Assembly (NCBI GenBank): GCA_937883945.1
Contig: CAKZXY010000055.1
Coordinates: 9,250 to 73,249, forward strand
Reading direction: 5' to 3'
Length of the DNA: 64,000 nucleotides
Source of the DNA: an uncultured Clavibacter sp.
Lineage (GTDB): Bacteria; Actinomycetota; Actinomycetes; Nanopelagicales; Nanopelagicaceae
In this document: positions 17,747-27,141 of the stretch, piece by piece
How the letters are laid out: each line of letters starts with the position of its first letter
Numbering within the stretch: the stretch's first letter is position 1
The notes under the pieces: model-generated
The model's database searches: none
The model's input: the letters and a program-made list of their open reading frames with translations, nothing else
Told to the model about the DNA's origin: nothing
Position numbers and translations under genes: made by a program

Positions 17747-18582
17747 ACACCGATTGGATGCCAGAGCGTCTTATATTCCATATAGGAAAGAATCCGCTCT
17801 GGAGATTTTTCAGCTGAAAAACTATGAACTCTCTTTAAATTATCAACACTTGAAATGCGAAGAGCTGCAACGCTCTTACTATCAACCCCGCTTAAATCAA
17901 GGCCATCTATCTCCATATGTGAGGCTAAATGCGGGGTTAATTCATCGCTTAAACCAGTGAGGATATTTACTACCCCTGCTGGAACATCAGAGGTTGCAAG
18001 GCACTCTGCAAGGGTTATTGCAGATAGTGGGCGCTTCTGGCTTGCAAGTAAGACTGCGCAATTTCCTGCTGCCAATACTGGAGCAAGTCCTAAGACAACG
18101 CCTAGTAGTGAAGATTTTTCATCAGCGACAACTCCAACCACACCTAGTGGCTCTGCAACTGTGAAATTAAAGAAAGGTCCTGCAACAGGATTGGTACTTC
18201 CTGCAATTGTTGAAATCTTATCGCTCCATCCGGCATACCAGACCCAGGTATCAATTGCTTGCCTTACCTGCACTTGAGCTTGCTTACTAGTAACGGATTC
18301 CATTGCCATAATTTCAGAGACAAATTGTTCGCTTCTACCTTCCATAATTTCAGCGATGCGATAGAGAATCTGTCCTCGGTTATAGGCAGTTGCAGAGGCC
18401 CAAGATGAGTGAGCGTTCTTAGCTGCAAGAACTGCATCTCTTAAATCTTTTCTTGATGCTTGCGCAGGATTTGCTATGAAGTTTCCTTTCTTATCTTTAA
18501 TCTCATAGCTGCGCCCTGATTCACTTCGAGGAAAGGCGCCTGCGATAAATAATTTGTAGGTCTTCTTTATATCAAGACTCAT
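17743..18582 (-). CDS. Aldehyde-dehydrogenase-like protein lacking the catalytic domain (probable pseudoenzyme)
   Basis: 279 aa. It aligns by eye with the N-terminal cofactor-binding half of the adjacent 481-aa ALDH, then jumps to an ALDH-like C-terminal strand (YMEYKTLW). The catalytic ELGGK Glu, the Cys loop and the WNFP Asn are all absent. ATGA overlap with the upstream ALDH gene. Confidence 0.7.
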   Translation of the reverse strand: MSLDIKKTYKLFIAGAFPRSESGRSYEIKDKKGNFIANPAQASRKDLRDAVLAAKNAHSSWASATAYNRGQILYRIAEIMEGRSEQFVSEIMAMESVTSKQAQVQVRQAIDTWVWYAGWSDKISTIAGSTNPVAGPFFNFTVAEPLGVVGVVADEKSSLLGVVLGLAPVLAAGNCAVLLASQKRPLSAITLAECLATSDVPAGVVNILTGLSDELTPHLASHMEIDGLDLSGVDSKSVAALRISSVDNLKRVHSFSAEKSPERILSYMEYKTLWHPIGV

Positions 18583-20024
18583 TTCTTAGCTCCCTTGAGA
18601 TATGCGCCAAGTCCATGGCGACCACCTTCGCGGCCCCAGCCAGATTCTTTATATCCGCCAAATGGGCTTGCAGGATCAAATTTATTAAAGGTGTTGGCCC
18701 AGATAACTCCGGCCTTTAAGTGATTTCCTGCCCAGAGAATTCTTGAACCTTTATCGCTCCAAACTCCAGCTGAGAGTCCAAAAGGAGTGTTATTGGCTTT
18801 CTCTATCGCCTCTTGTGGGGTTCTAAATGTAAGCACAGAGAGCACTGGTCCAAAGATTTCCTCTCTAGCAATGCGATGAGCTTGAGTTACTCCAGTAAAT
18901 ATCGTTGGAGCAAACCAGAATCCTTTATCTGGAATCTGGCAAGGAGCAGACCAGATATCAGCGCCCTCTGCTTGTCCAGAGGATGAGAGTTCATGAATCT
19001 TTGCTAGTTGCGCAGCTGAGTTAATAGCTCCAATATCTGTGTTCTTATCTAATGGATCACCCAGGCGAATCTTGGACATTCTCTTCTGTAATTTGCTTAA
19101 GAATTCATCATGGATATTTTCTTGAAGCAGAAGGCGAGAGCCAGCGCAGCAGACATGGCCTTGATTAAAGAATATGCCATTAATGATTCCCTCAACTGCT
19201 TGATCAAGTGGGGCATCTTCAAAGACGATATTTGCACCTTTTCCACCAAGTTCAAGAGTGACTGGGGTATTGCTAACGGCAAGAGATCTAGCAATTAATT
19301 TGCCAACCTCAGTAGACCCAGTAAATGCAACCTTATCTATATCAGGATGCTTAACTAACGCAGATCCTGTGCTTCCGTCTCCTGTAATTATATTTACTAC
19401 TCCAGGTGGTAGATCTGCTTGTTGACAGACTTCAGCAAATAGCAGAGCGGTTAGTGGGGTAGTTTCAGCAGGCTTTAAGACAACTGTATTTCCAGTTGCT
19501 AGAGCTGGCGCAATTTTCCATGCAAGCATTAGAAGCGGAAAGTTCCAGGGAATTATCTGAGCTACTACTCCATGAGCTTTAGGTTTATCTCCAAAGCCAG
19601 CAAACTCCAACTTATCTGCCCAGCCGGCGTGATAGAAAAAGTGCGCAGCTGATAGTGGAATATCGATATCTCTAGTTTCCCTAATCGGCTTTCCATTATC
19701 TAAGCTTTCAACTACAGCAAATTCTCGAGATCTCTCTTGAAGTAGGCGAGCGATGCGAAAGAGGTATTTTGCTCGCTCTTTGCCGCTCATCTTCGACCAA
19801 ACTTTTACATAGGCAGATCTTGCAGCCTTAACAGCTTTATCAATATCGACTTCATCGGCGAGTGAAATCTTGGCTAATACCTCTTCATTAGCGGGATTTA
19901 TAGTCTCAAAGCGCTTCTTGTTATGAGAGGCAATGAATTTACCGTTTATAAATAGCCCATAGTCCTTGCTTATATTGGCTATCGCCTTAGATTCCAAGGC
20001 AGGGGCGTATTCAAAGTCACTCAT
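18579..20024 (-). CDS. NAD(P)-dependent aldehyde dehydrogenase (probable acetaldehyde dehydrogenase of deoxyribose catabolism)
   Basis: Full ALDH motif set: PWNFP, KPAETTP, FTGSTEVG, ELGGKG and the catalytic Cys in NQGHVCCAGSR. Confidence 0.9.
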   Translation of the reverse strand: MSDFEYAPALESKAIANISKDYGLFINGKFIASHNKKRFETINPANEEVLAKISLADEVDIDKAVKAARSAYVKVWSKMSGKERAKYLFRIARLLQERSREFAVVESLDNGKPIRETRDIDIPLSAAHFFYHAGWADKLEFAGFGDKPKAHGVVAQIIPWNFPLLMLAWKIAPALATGNTVVLKPAETTPLTALLFAEVCQQADLPPGVVNIITGDGSTGSALVKHPDIDKVAFTGSTEVGKLIARSLAVSNTPVTLELGGKGANIVFEDAPLDQAVEGIINGIFFNQGHVCCAGSRLLLQENIHDEFLSKLQKRMSKIRLGDPLDKNTDIGAINSAAQLAKIHELSSSGQAEGADIWSAPCQIPDKGFWFAPTIFTGVTQAHRIAREEIFGPVLSVLTFRTPQEAIEKANNTPFGLSAGVWSDKGSRILWAGNHLKAGVIWANTFNKFDPASPFGGYKESGWGREGGRHGLGAYLKGAKK

Positions 20025-20026
20025 TA

Positions 20027-20974
20027 TTAATCCACCGTAACATAATTTGCACTGGAATATCTGCCGGTAGTTAATTTCATGCGCTGCATAAGTAAATCAT
20101 TTAGCAGAGCGCTTGCTCCAATTCGAAATAGCTCTGGGTTTAACCACTCAGCTCCTGCTATCTCTTTAACCAATACCAACTGCTTGATTGCATCCTTAGT
20201 TGTTCTAATTCCACCTGCTGGCTTAACCCCAATTCTGACCTGACTTAGCTCATAGAAATCTCTTACCGCCTCAAGCATCACTAGAACGACTGGAGCGGTA
20301 GCAGCGGGAGTAACTTTTCCAGTTGAGGTTTTAATAAAGTCTGCTCCGGCAAGCATTGCTAGATATGAAGCTTTGCGAACGTTGTCTAGAGTTACTAGTT
20401 CACCTGTTTCAAGAATTACTTTTAAGTGAGCTTTATCGGAACAGATTTCTTTAATTGCTCTGATTTCATCAAATACTTCACCAAGTCGGCCAGAGAGAAA
20501 TGCACCTCGATCAATAACCATATCGATTTCAGTTGCACCTAGTGAAATGGCATCTTTGGTATCTTGAAGCTTAACTTTTCTCGAGGCTCTACCTGAGGGA
20601 AAAGCAGTTGCGACTGCAGCTACTGGAATACTTTGACCGCCAATTGAATCTAGATGATTTCTTGCTATTCCAACCATGTCGTTATAAACACAGACTGCTC
20701 CCACATGTGGAACCGAGGGATCTTGCGGATCTGGGCGGAGAGCCTTCGAGCAGAGTGATCTGATCTTTCCAGCAGTATCTGCCCCTTCAAGAGTTGTTAA
20801 ATCAATCATGCTAATGGCCATATCAATAGCCCACTTCTTACTAGTGGTCTTAATACTTCGCGTTGCAAGCATGGCAGCGCGCTCTTGAGCGCCAATTTGA
20901 TCTACTCCGGCAAGGGTTTGTAGAAATCTACGCAGCGAAGTTTCAGAACCATCAATCAGATTTAGCGCTGACAT
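20027..20974 (-). CDS. deoC: Deoxyribose-phosphate aldolase (long actinobacterial form)
   Basis: DeoC-type TIM barrel with the Schiff-base lysine context FIKTSTGK; 315 aa. Confidence 0.85.
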   Translation of the reverse strand: MSALNLIDGSETSLRRFLQTLAGVDQIGAQERAAMLATRSIKTTSKKWAIDMAISMIDLTTLEGADTAGKIRSLCSKALRPDPQDPSVPHVGAVCVYNDMVGIARNHLDSIGGQSIPVAAVATAFPSGRASRKVKLQDTKDAISLGATEIDMVIDRGAFLSGRLGEVFDEIRAIKEICSDKAHLKVILETGELVTLDNVRKASYLAMLAGADFIKTSTGKVTPAATAPVVLVMLEAVRDFYELSQVRIGVKPAGGIRTTKDAIKQLVLVKEIAGAEWLNPELFRIGASALLNDLLMQRMKLTTGRYSSANYVTVD

Positions 20975-20992
20975 AAGTGGTGAGTCTACAAG

Positions 20993-22618
20993 TTATGAAG
21001 CAAGAAAGGTACGTAGCTCAAAATCCAGCCTCGCAATGATCTTCTCGGCCATCTCCTGACTATCGCTAACTACCTCTATATAACACTTAATCTTTGGCTC
21101 GGTTCCACTAGGCCTTACGATGATTCTAATATTTGGCTCAAGAAAAATTCTCACTCCATTTGTTGGTGGCAGATCACTTGTAGGTTTTTCTAAATCATCA
21201 AAGCCACTCACCTGATATCCAGCGATTGATTGTGGAGTGCTATTTCTAAATCTTCCAAGGATTTTTGAGATCTCTTCAAGAGAATTAACCCTTACTGAAA
21301 TCTGCTTGGTGCCGTGATAGCCGTATTTGTTCCAAATCTCATCTAGCAAGTCATTTAACGTTTTAGATTCACGCTTTAGATCTGTCGCAATTTGAACAAT
21401 CATTAGGGCTGCGCTGATTCCATCCTTATCATTTACTGAATTTGAGTCAACGGCATAACCAAGTGCCTCCTCATATCCGAAATGCAGGTTCTCTATCTTT
21501 GCAATCCACTTAAATCCAGTGAGAGTTTCAGCAAAAGGTAATTGGTATGCCTTAGCTATTTTGCTCAAGATTGAAGATGAGACAATTGAATTAGCAAGAG
21601 TTGCGCTCTTATCCTTAGCAGTTCTTGCTAGATACTCACCGAGAAGGGCTCCAACCTCATCTCCTCGAAGCATTCTCCAATTGCCACCTCTATCAGCGAT
21701 AGCAACTGCGCAGCGATCAGCATCAGGATCATTGGCAATAACTAGATCTGCTGAAACTTGTATCGCTTTCTTAAGAGAGAGATCAATAGCTCCTGGCTCT
21801 TCAGGATTTGGAAATTTAACTGTTGGAAAATCTGGATCTGGCTCTGCCTGCTCGGAAACTAATATCGGGGGAGCAAAATTTGCTACTGCAAATACTTGTT
21901 CTAAAGTCTCTTTACCAACGCCATGCATAGCCGAATAGACCACTTTAAGAACACTATTTGAGGTGGCAAGCTTTGCTGTGGCCTGAACATACGAATCAAC
22001 TATCGCGTTATCTAAAACTTCTGCTCCGCTACTTCGTTTTAGCGTATTTAGATCGGGAACTTGAGAGATATATTCTGAAATCTGAGTATCAGCAGGAGAG
22101 ATAATCTGTGATCCTTCATAGCGAATCTGATCAACTACTCCGCCTAAATAGACCTTATAGCCATTATCTTCTGGTGGATTATGGCTTGCAGTTACCATAA
22201 TTCCAACATCACACTTTAACTCTCTAACAGCATAGGCAAGAACTGGAGTTGGAAGAGCTCCTGGCAATAAGTAGACCTTCATACCAGCGCCTTGCATAAT
22301 CTCAGCTGTATCTTGAGCAAAGTCTTTCGATCCATATCTAGCATCTCGTCCAATGACAACAGATGAGAGATTGTGTTTGTGCATGTAAGTAACCAGGCCG
22401 GCTGCGGTTTTTGTTACAACTGCTCTATTCATTCTTGAAGGCCCTGGCCCTAATTTGCCTCGCAAGCCTGCTGTTCCAAATTCTAGAAAGCCAGAGAAAC
22501 AGGAGCGCAACTCAGTTTCATTATTATCTGTAAGGAGATTTTCAAGTTCGACTTTTGTCTTTGGGTCAGGATCTTGATCAATCCACTGCTGAACTTGATT
22601 GATTAGAGTTTGATCCAT
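20993..22618 (-). CDS. Phospho-sugar mutase, PGM2/PgcA-like (probable phosphopentomutase function in this context)
   Basis: Active-site loop TASHNPPEDNGYKVY and metal loop DPDADR; 541 aa. Sits at the head of the deoC-ALDH operon. Confidence 0.8.
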   Translation of the reverse strand: MDQTLINQVQQWIDQDPDPKTKVELENLLTDNNETELRSCFSGFLEFGTAGLRGKLGPGPSRMNRAVVTKTAAGLVTYMHKHNLSSVVIGRDARYGSKDFAQDTAEIMQGAGMKVYLLPGALPTPVLAYAVRELKCDVGIMVTASHNPPEDNGYKVYLGGVVDQIRYEGSQIISPADTQISEYISQVPDLNTLKRSSGAEVLDNAIVDSYVQATAKLATSNSVLKVVYSAMHGVGKETLEQVFAVANFAPPILVSEQAEPDPDFPTVKFPNPEEPGAIDLSLKKAIQVSADLVIANDPDADRCAVAIADRGGNWRMLRGDEVGALLGEYLARTAKDKSATLANSIVSSSILSKIAKAYQLPFAETLTGFKWIAKIENLHFGYEEALGYAVDSNSVNDKDGISAALMIVQIATDLKRESKTLNDLLDEIWNKYGYHGTKQISVRVNSLEEISKILGRFRNSTPQSIAGYQVSGFDDLEKPTSDLPPTNGVRIFLEPNIRIIVRPSGTEPKIKCYIEVVSDSQEMAEKIIARLDFELRTFLAS

Positions 22619-22630
22619 AGGGCAAACTTA

Positions 22631-23071
22631 CTACCGAGTGCTTCGATTACTTAAATCTTTTATGTAATCCTCAGGAGCTCCTGCTTCACGAGCAGCGCTA
22701 ACCATAATCTCCAGATATCGAGCGGAAGGAGTTCCGCCTTCAAAAGAATTAAGCACATAGATATAGCAAAGCGGAGAACCATCAAGAGTCTCTATTCGCA
22801 CTCTAATCTTGCGATATAGATCAGTAGTTACACCTTCCCATTGATCAAGGGCTGCTTCATCTGTAGCAGTTAAGTCGTAGACCGAGACAAAGACGCTATG
22901 TCCGGCATCTTCTGCAAGAGTTGCAACTGCGCCCTCCCATCCAATTTCTTCTCCACCAAAAGTTAAGCGCCACCCGCGTAGCCATCCAGTGCCGCGATGA
23001 GGTGAATGGGGAGCCCTAAGAAGCATCTGCCTAGGATCAAGATTTGATCCATATGCGGCATATAAAGTCAT
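22631..23071 (-). CDS. Gamma-glutamylcyclotransferase-like (AIG2/GGCT family) protein
   Basis: N-terminal YAAYGSNL motif; 146 aa. Confidence 0.65.
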   Translation of the reverse strand: MTLYAAYGSNLDPRQMLLRAPHSPHRGTGWLRGWRLTFGGEEIGWEGAVATLAEDAGHSVFVSVYDLTATDEAALDQWEGVTTDLYRKIRVRIETLDGSPLCYIYVLNSFEGGTPSARYLEIMVSAAREAGAPEDYIKDLSNRSTR

Positions 23072-23664
23072 GACAAATCAAACCACTGATAACCTAATTT
23101 GTTAATGGCGCTGCGCAATAGTGGCAGGGAGAGGCCAATAACATTTGATGTTTCGCCTTCAATTCTTGAGATAAAAGGCGAGCTTCTTCCATCAAGAGTA
23201 AAGCCCCCAGCAACATTTAATGGCTCACCAGTTGCTACATAACCATCAATTTCAGCATCGCTCATATCTGCAAAGAAAACTGTTGTGCTTACTACATCGC
23301 TAATTTCAATTTCTTTCTCAGTATCGATAATGCAATGTCCGGTGTGTAGAACTCCAGATTTTCCTCGCAATTGTTTAGCTCGTGCAATTGCATTTGCTGC
23401 GTTTCCTGGTTTACCTAAACTCTGCCCCTGGAATTCAAAGGTAGAGTCACAACCAATTATCAAAGCAGGATAATTAATCTTTTCTCTAACTGTGTGAGCT
23501 TTAACTATCGCCAGGGCTATGACTAGTTCTTTGGGGGATAGATTTTGATAATCAGAGCTCTCTTCATCAACTCCACTTACAATTACCTCAGGGGTAATCC
23601 CGGCGCTCTGTAATAATTTATATCTAGCAGGGGATGCTGATGCCAAGATTATTTTTGGCGCCAT
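23068..23664 (-). CDS. maf: Maf-family nucleoside triphosphate pyrophosphatase
   Basis: ILASASPARYKLL N-terminus and a typical length of 198 aa. Confidence 0.85.
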   Translation of the reverse strand: MAPKIILASASPARYKLLQSAGITPEVIVSGVDEESSDYQNLSPKELVIALAIVKAHTVREKINYPALIIGCDSTFEFQGQSLGKPGNAANAIARAKQLRGKSGVLHTGHCIIDTEKEIEISDVVSTTVFFADMSDAEIDGYVATGEPLNVAGGFTLDGRSSPFISRIEGETSNVIGLSLPLLRSAINKLGYQWFDLS

Positions 23665-23667
23665 TAC

Positions 23668-24972
23668 TTAAGCCCTTCCTAGGGCCCTAAATTTCCAACC
23701 AGCTTTGACCCAGAGATCTCTATCTAGCGCGTTTCTACCATCAATAATTATCGCTTGCTTGACCTGGCTCTTTATGGCAGAGGGATTTATCTCTCGATAG
23801 ATTTTCCATTCAGTTAAATGCAAAATTACATCTGCCCCAGCGATACAGCCTTCGATACTCTCTGAAAAATCTAAGTGAGCAAAGCGAGCTCTAGCGGGCT
23901 CAATAGCTTTGGGATCATGGACACTTACATTTGCTCCTGCTTGGCTTAATTGAACGGCGATATCTAGTGCGGGTGAGTCTCTGACATCATCGCTATCGGG
24001 CTTAAAGGCAGCGCCCAATACTGCAATCTTCTTACCCTTTAGATCCTGACCTAGGTCAATTCTTACTAAATCAATTACTCGCGCTCTTGCTCGAAGATTT
24101 ATTGAATCAATTTCTCTTAAGAACTCAAGAGATTGTTTAGCTCCAAGTTCCTCTGATCGCGCCATAAATGCGCGGATATCTTTAGGCAAGCACCCGCCAC
24201 CAAAGCCAATTCCAGCTTGGAGAAAGCGAGAGCCAATTCTTGGGTCATAACCAATTGCTTTAGCAAGAACTGTTACATCTCCACCAGATGCCTCACAGAT
24301 CTCTGCCATAGCGTTGATAAAGGAGATCTTGGTGGCAAGAAAAGAGTTTGCAGCAACTTTTACTAGCTCTGCAGTTGGCAGATCTGCCCTTACCCAAGGA
24401 ACTCCATCTTTCAGAAGTGGGGCATAAACTTCTTTTAATATCTCTTCAGCGCGATCTGAAGTAAGTCCAACAACTAATCTATTTGGCCTAAGGGTATCCT
24501 CAATTGCAAAACCCTCTCTTAAAAATTCTGGGTTCCAGGCTAACTCAACTCTCTCATTTACTTGCCTTAACATACTTGCAAGGCGATCTGCAGTGCCTAC
24601 TGGAACTGTGGACTTACCTACTATTAGAGAACCAGCTTTGGCATGTGGCGCAACAGATGCGATTGATGCATCTACATAAGTTAGATCTGCAGCTAAGCTA
24701 TCTTTTTTCTGAGGAGTGCCTACACATATAAAGTGAACATCACAGTCCTTGATTTGAGCAAAATCTGTGGTGAACTCTAATCTCCCTGACTTTACCTCTG
24801 CCAGGAGAAGATCTTCAAGACCTGGTTCATAAAATGGGACTTTGCCTTGATTGAGAAGATCGATTTTATTTAGATCTACATCAACTCCAACAACTTCAAA
24901 GCCAAGGGAGGACATAGCTGCGGCATGGGTAGCGCCAAGATAGCCAGTTCCGATTACTGAGAGCTTTAACAT
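23668..24972 (-). CDS. ugd: UDP-glucose 6-dehydrogenase
   Basis: N-terminal VIGTGYLG Rossmann motif and catalytic GFGGGCLPKD. ATG at 24972 preferred over the TTG at 24981. Confidence 0.9.
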   Translation of the reverse strand: MLKLSVIGTGYLGATHAAAMSSLGFEVVGVDVDLNKIDLLNQGKVPFYEPGLEDLLLAEVKSGRLEFTTDFAQIKDCDVHFICVGTPQKKDSLAADLTYVDASIASVAPHAKAGSLIVGKSTVPVGTADRLASMLRQVNERVELAWNPEFLREGFAIEDTLRPNRLVVGLTSDRAEEILKEVYAPLLKDGVPWVRADLPTAELVKVAANSFLATKISFINAMAEICEASGGDVTVLAKAIGYDPRIGSRFLQAGIGFGGGCLPKDIRAFMARSEELGAKQSLEFLREIDSINLRARARVIDLVRIDLGQDLKGKKIAVLGAAFKPDSDDVRDSPALDIAVQLSQAGANVSVHDPKAIEPARARFAHLDFSESIEGCIAGADVILHLTEWKIYREINPSAIKSQVKQAIIIDGRNALDRDLWVKAGWKFRALGRA

Positions 24973-24984
24973 GACTGCCAAATA

Positions 24985-26070
24985 CTAGCCGCTACAGGGG
25001 TTATCAGCGGCAGTTCCACTCTTAAATTTGTTGATGGTAGTAGGTGATGAGGATGGATTGGGTCTTACCTCTTCAATGAGGGCTTCATCATTTTTAATTC
25101 TTTCAAAGAGTTCAGGTGCTAAGACTGGATCCCAGAGCACTGCAGCGCTTACTCCATTTTTATTGTAGTTGTAATACTGCAAAGGAATAGTAAGAGTTCT
25201 AACGTTACTTGCTGAGAGATTGCGTAGCTGTTTTCCAAGAGTTAGTAAGTCACCTTGACTTAATCCTTCATCTGTAACCACGCTATCTAAAGCTGAGTTT
25301 ATGAAATCAACCATCTTTACTGGGTTTAGTAATACTCCAGCGCTAGTTGCTTTACGGAGCATAGCGCCAGCAAATTCTTGTTGTCTCTTCATTCTTCCCA
25401 AATCACCTAAGCCATCAAAGACTCTGGTTCTAACAAACTTTAGCGAGTCGATGCCATCTAATACATGTGTTCCTGCTGGAAGTGTTAGATGGCTCTTAGG
25501 ATCATCGATATCTTTCTTTGTGCAAATTTCAACGCCGCCAAGGGCATCAACCATACGAACAAAGCCAACAAAGTTAAGTTCCACATAATGATCAATTCTT
25601 AAATCAGACATATTTTCAAGAGTTTTAATTAGTAGTGGCGCCCCACCCCAGTTGTAGGCAGAGTTGATTTTTGAATAAGCAGCAGGGATTAATTTGCCTT
25701 GAGAATTATTATGTTCTGGAATTAGCGCATAGCTATCACGCGGAATAGAGATGATTGCTGCCTTATCTCGCTTCTTTGAGATATGAATAAGTAGCATCGT
25801 GTCACTTCTTTTGCCTGCTGCTACATCGGTGCCACCAACTTTTAACCGCTTAATCTCTTCTCGGCTTAATCCCTCCCTAGTATCAGAACCAACAATTAAG
25901 TAATTAACTGCTGAGGATTCCTTCTTGGGACGGTTTTCTAGGCCAGCAAAGGCATCAACTCTCGGGATTGCTGCGGTTATTCTTCCAAGACCTGCCCAGG
26001 AGATAGCCGAAATCCCCACAATAGCTATCGAGGCTATAGTGAAGAAACGAATTGCCCGAGGGGATTTCAC
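24985..26070 (-). CDS. LCP (LytR-CpsA-Psr) family cell-wall glycopolymer transferase
   Basis: N-terminal TM anchor, then NYLIVGSDTR...SDTMLLIHI, typical of the LCP domain. GTG start. Confidence 0.85.
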   Translation of the reverse strand: MKSPRAIRFFTIASIAIVGISAISWAGLGRITAAIPRVDAFAGLENRPKKESSAVNYLIVGSDTREGLSREEIKRLKVGGTDVAAGKRSDTMLLIHISKKRDKAAIISIPRDSYALIPEHNNSQGKLIPAAYSKINSAYNWGGAPLLIKTLENMSDLRIDHYVELNFVGFVRMVDALGGVEICTKKDIDDPKSHLTLPAGTHVLDGIDSLKFVRTRVFDGLGDLGRMKRQQEFAGAMLRKATSAGVLLNPVKMVDFINSALDSVVTDEGLSQGDLLTLGKQLRNLSASNVRTLTIPLQYYNYNKNGVSAAVLWDPVLAPELFERIKNDEALIEEVRPNPSSSPTTINKFKSGTAADNPCSG

Positions 26071-26083
26071 AGAGGCAAGAGTA

Positions 26084-27112
26084 ATGAAGCGATACCGTTT
26101 GAACGTTATGACTAGCCCACTTGAGCAAGGTAATACTGCTCACCAAGCCAATTACCCACCAGTTTCCATAATTCTCACAGTAATCAATGAAGCACTTCAT
26201 TTGCGCGCTGCAATAAAGGCTGCCTTATCTTCAAACTATCAAGGCGAGCTAGAAGTAATTTTGGCAGTAGGGCCTTCGACAGATCAGACATTACAGATAG
26301 CAAATGATTTAGCAGGGCAAGATTCTAGAATCAAAGTCATTGAGAATAAATCAGGAAGAACTCCAAGTGGTTTAAATGCTGCGCTAAAGATTGCAAAGAA
26401 TCAAATAATTGTTCGTATCGACGGACACTCAGAAATTGATAAGGAATACATAGCTCAGGCTGTTGAAACTTTGAAAAAAACTGGCGCAGTAAATGTTGGT
26501 GGCATTATGTTTGCTAAAGGGACCACCTCATTTGAAAAGGCAGTAGCAGTAGCGATGCGCTCGCCAATTGGAGTGGGATCATCAAGATTTCATATTGGGG
26601 GAGAGGCTGGCCCGACCGATACCGTTTATCTCGGGGTATTTCAAAAGAGCGCATTAGATGCAGTTGGTGGCTATGACGAGAGATTTACTAGGGCTCAAGA
26701 TTGGGAGCTAAATTATCGCTTGAGGAAAAATGGCGGGGTAGTTTATTTTGACCCTGAGTTAAAAGTTATCTATCGCCCAAGAAGCTCTCTTAAGAAACTC
26801 GCGTCACAATACTTTGAATATGGACGATGGAGAAGAGCAGTAGTTCGCCAACATAATAGGACAATTAATTTTCGCTATCTAAGCCCACCTTTAAACTTGA
26901 TATTGCAAGTTACTTCATTAGCTCTAGGTATCTTTGCCTCATCACTATTTTTTATTCCAATCATTACTTATCTTGGTGCGATAATTGTGACTTCATTAAT
27001 TATTGGAAAGGGTCTTGCCCAGCGGATTTACTTACCAATTGTTTTGATTTTCATGCATTTTTGCTGGGGATTTGGTTTCATTACCTCACCAAGAAAGCTA
27101 ATTACCAACTAA
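26084..27112 (+). CDS. Family 2 glycosyltransferase with C-terminal membrane segments
   Basis: VSIILTVINE...DGHSE...QDWELNYR, the GT2 pattern. The start is ambiguous (ATG at 26084 or 26108); the track extension to 25925 overlaps the LCP gene. Confidence 0.8.
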   Translation: MKRYRLNVMTSPLEQGNTAHQANYPPVSIILTVINEALHLRAAIKAALSSNYQGELEVILAVGPSTDQTLQIANDLAGQDSRIKVIENKSGRTPSGLNAALKIAKNQIIVRIDGHSEIDKEYIAQAVETLKKTGAVNVGGIMFAKGTTSFEKAVAVAMRSPIGVGSSRFHIGGEAGPTDTVYLGVFQKSALDAVGGYDERFTRAQDWELNYRLRKNGGVVYFDPELKVIYRPRSSLKKLASQYFEYGRWRRAVVRQHNRTINFRYLSPPLNLILQVTSLALGIFASSLFFIPIITYLGAIIVTSLIIGKGLAQRIYLPIVLIFMHFCWGFGFITSPRKLITN

Positions 27113-27141
27113 TTTCCTAGCGCTGCGGTACCCTAAGAAAT

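Noticed and set aside
641-21938. Numerous 60-175-aa antisense or out-of-frame ORFs inside long genes (for example 641-823, 2333-2551, 8850-9125, 10624-11148, 16552-16893, 16963-17334, 17855-18277, 21519-21938, and similar ones further along the window)
   Set aside because: Each is wholly embedded in a gene with clear family motifs on the other strand or frame. None shows a recognisable motif or an SD-start arrangement.
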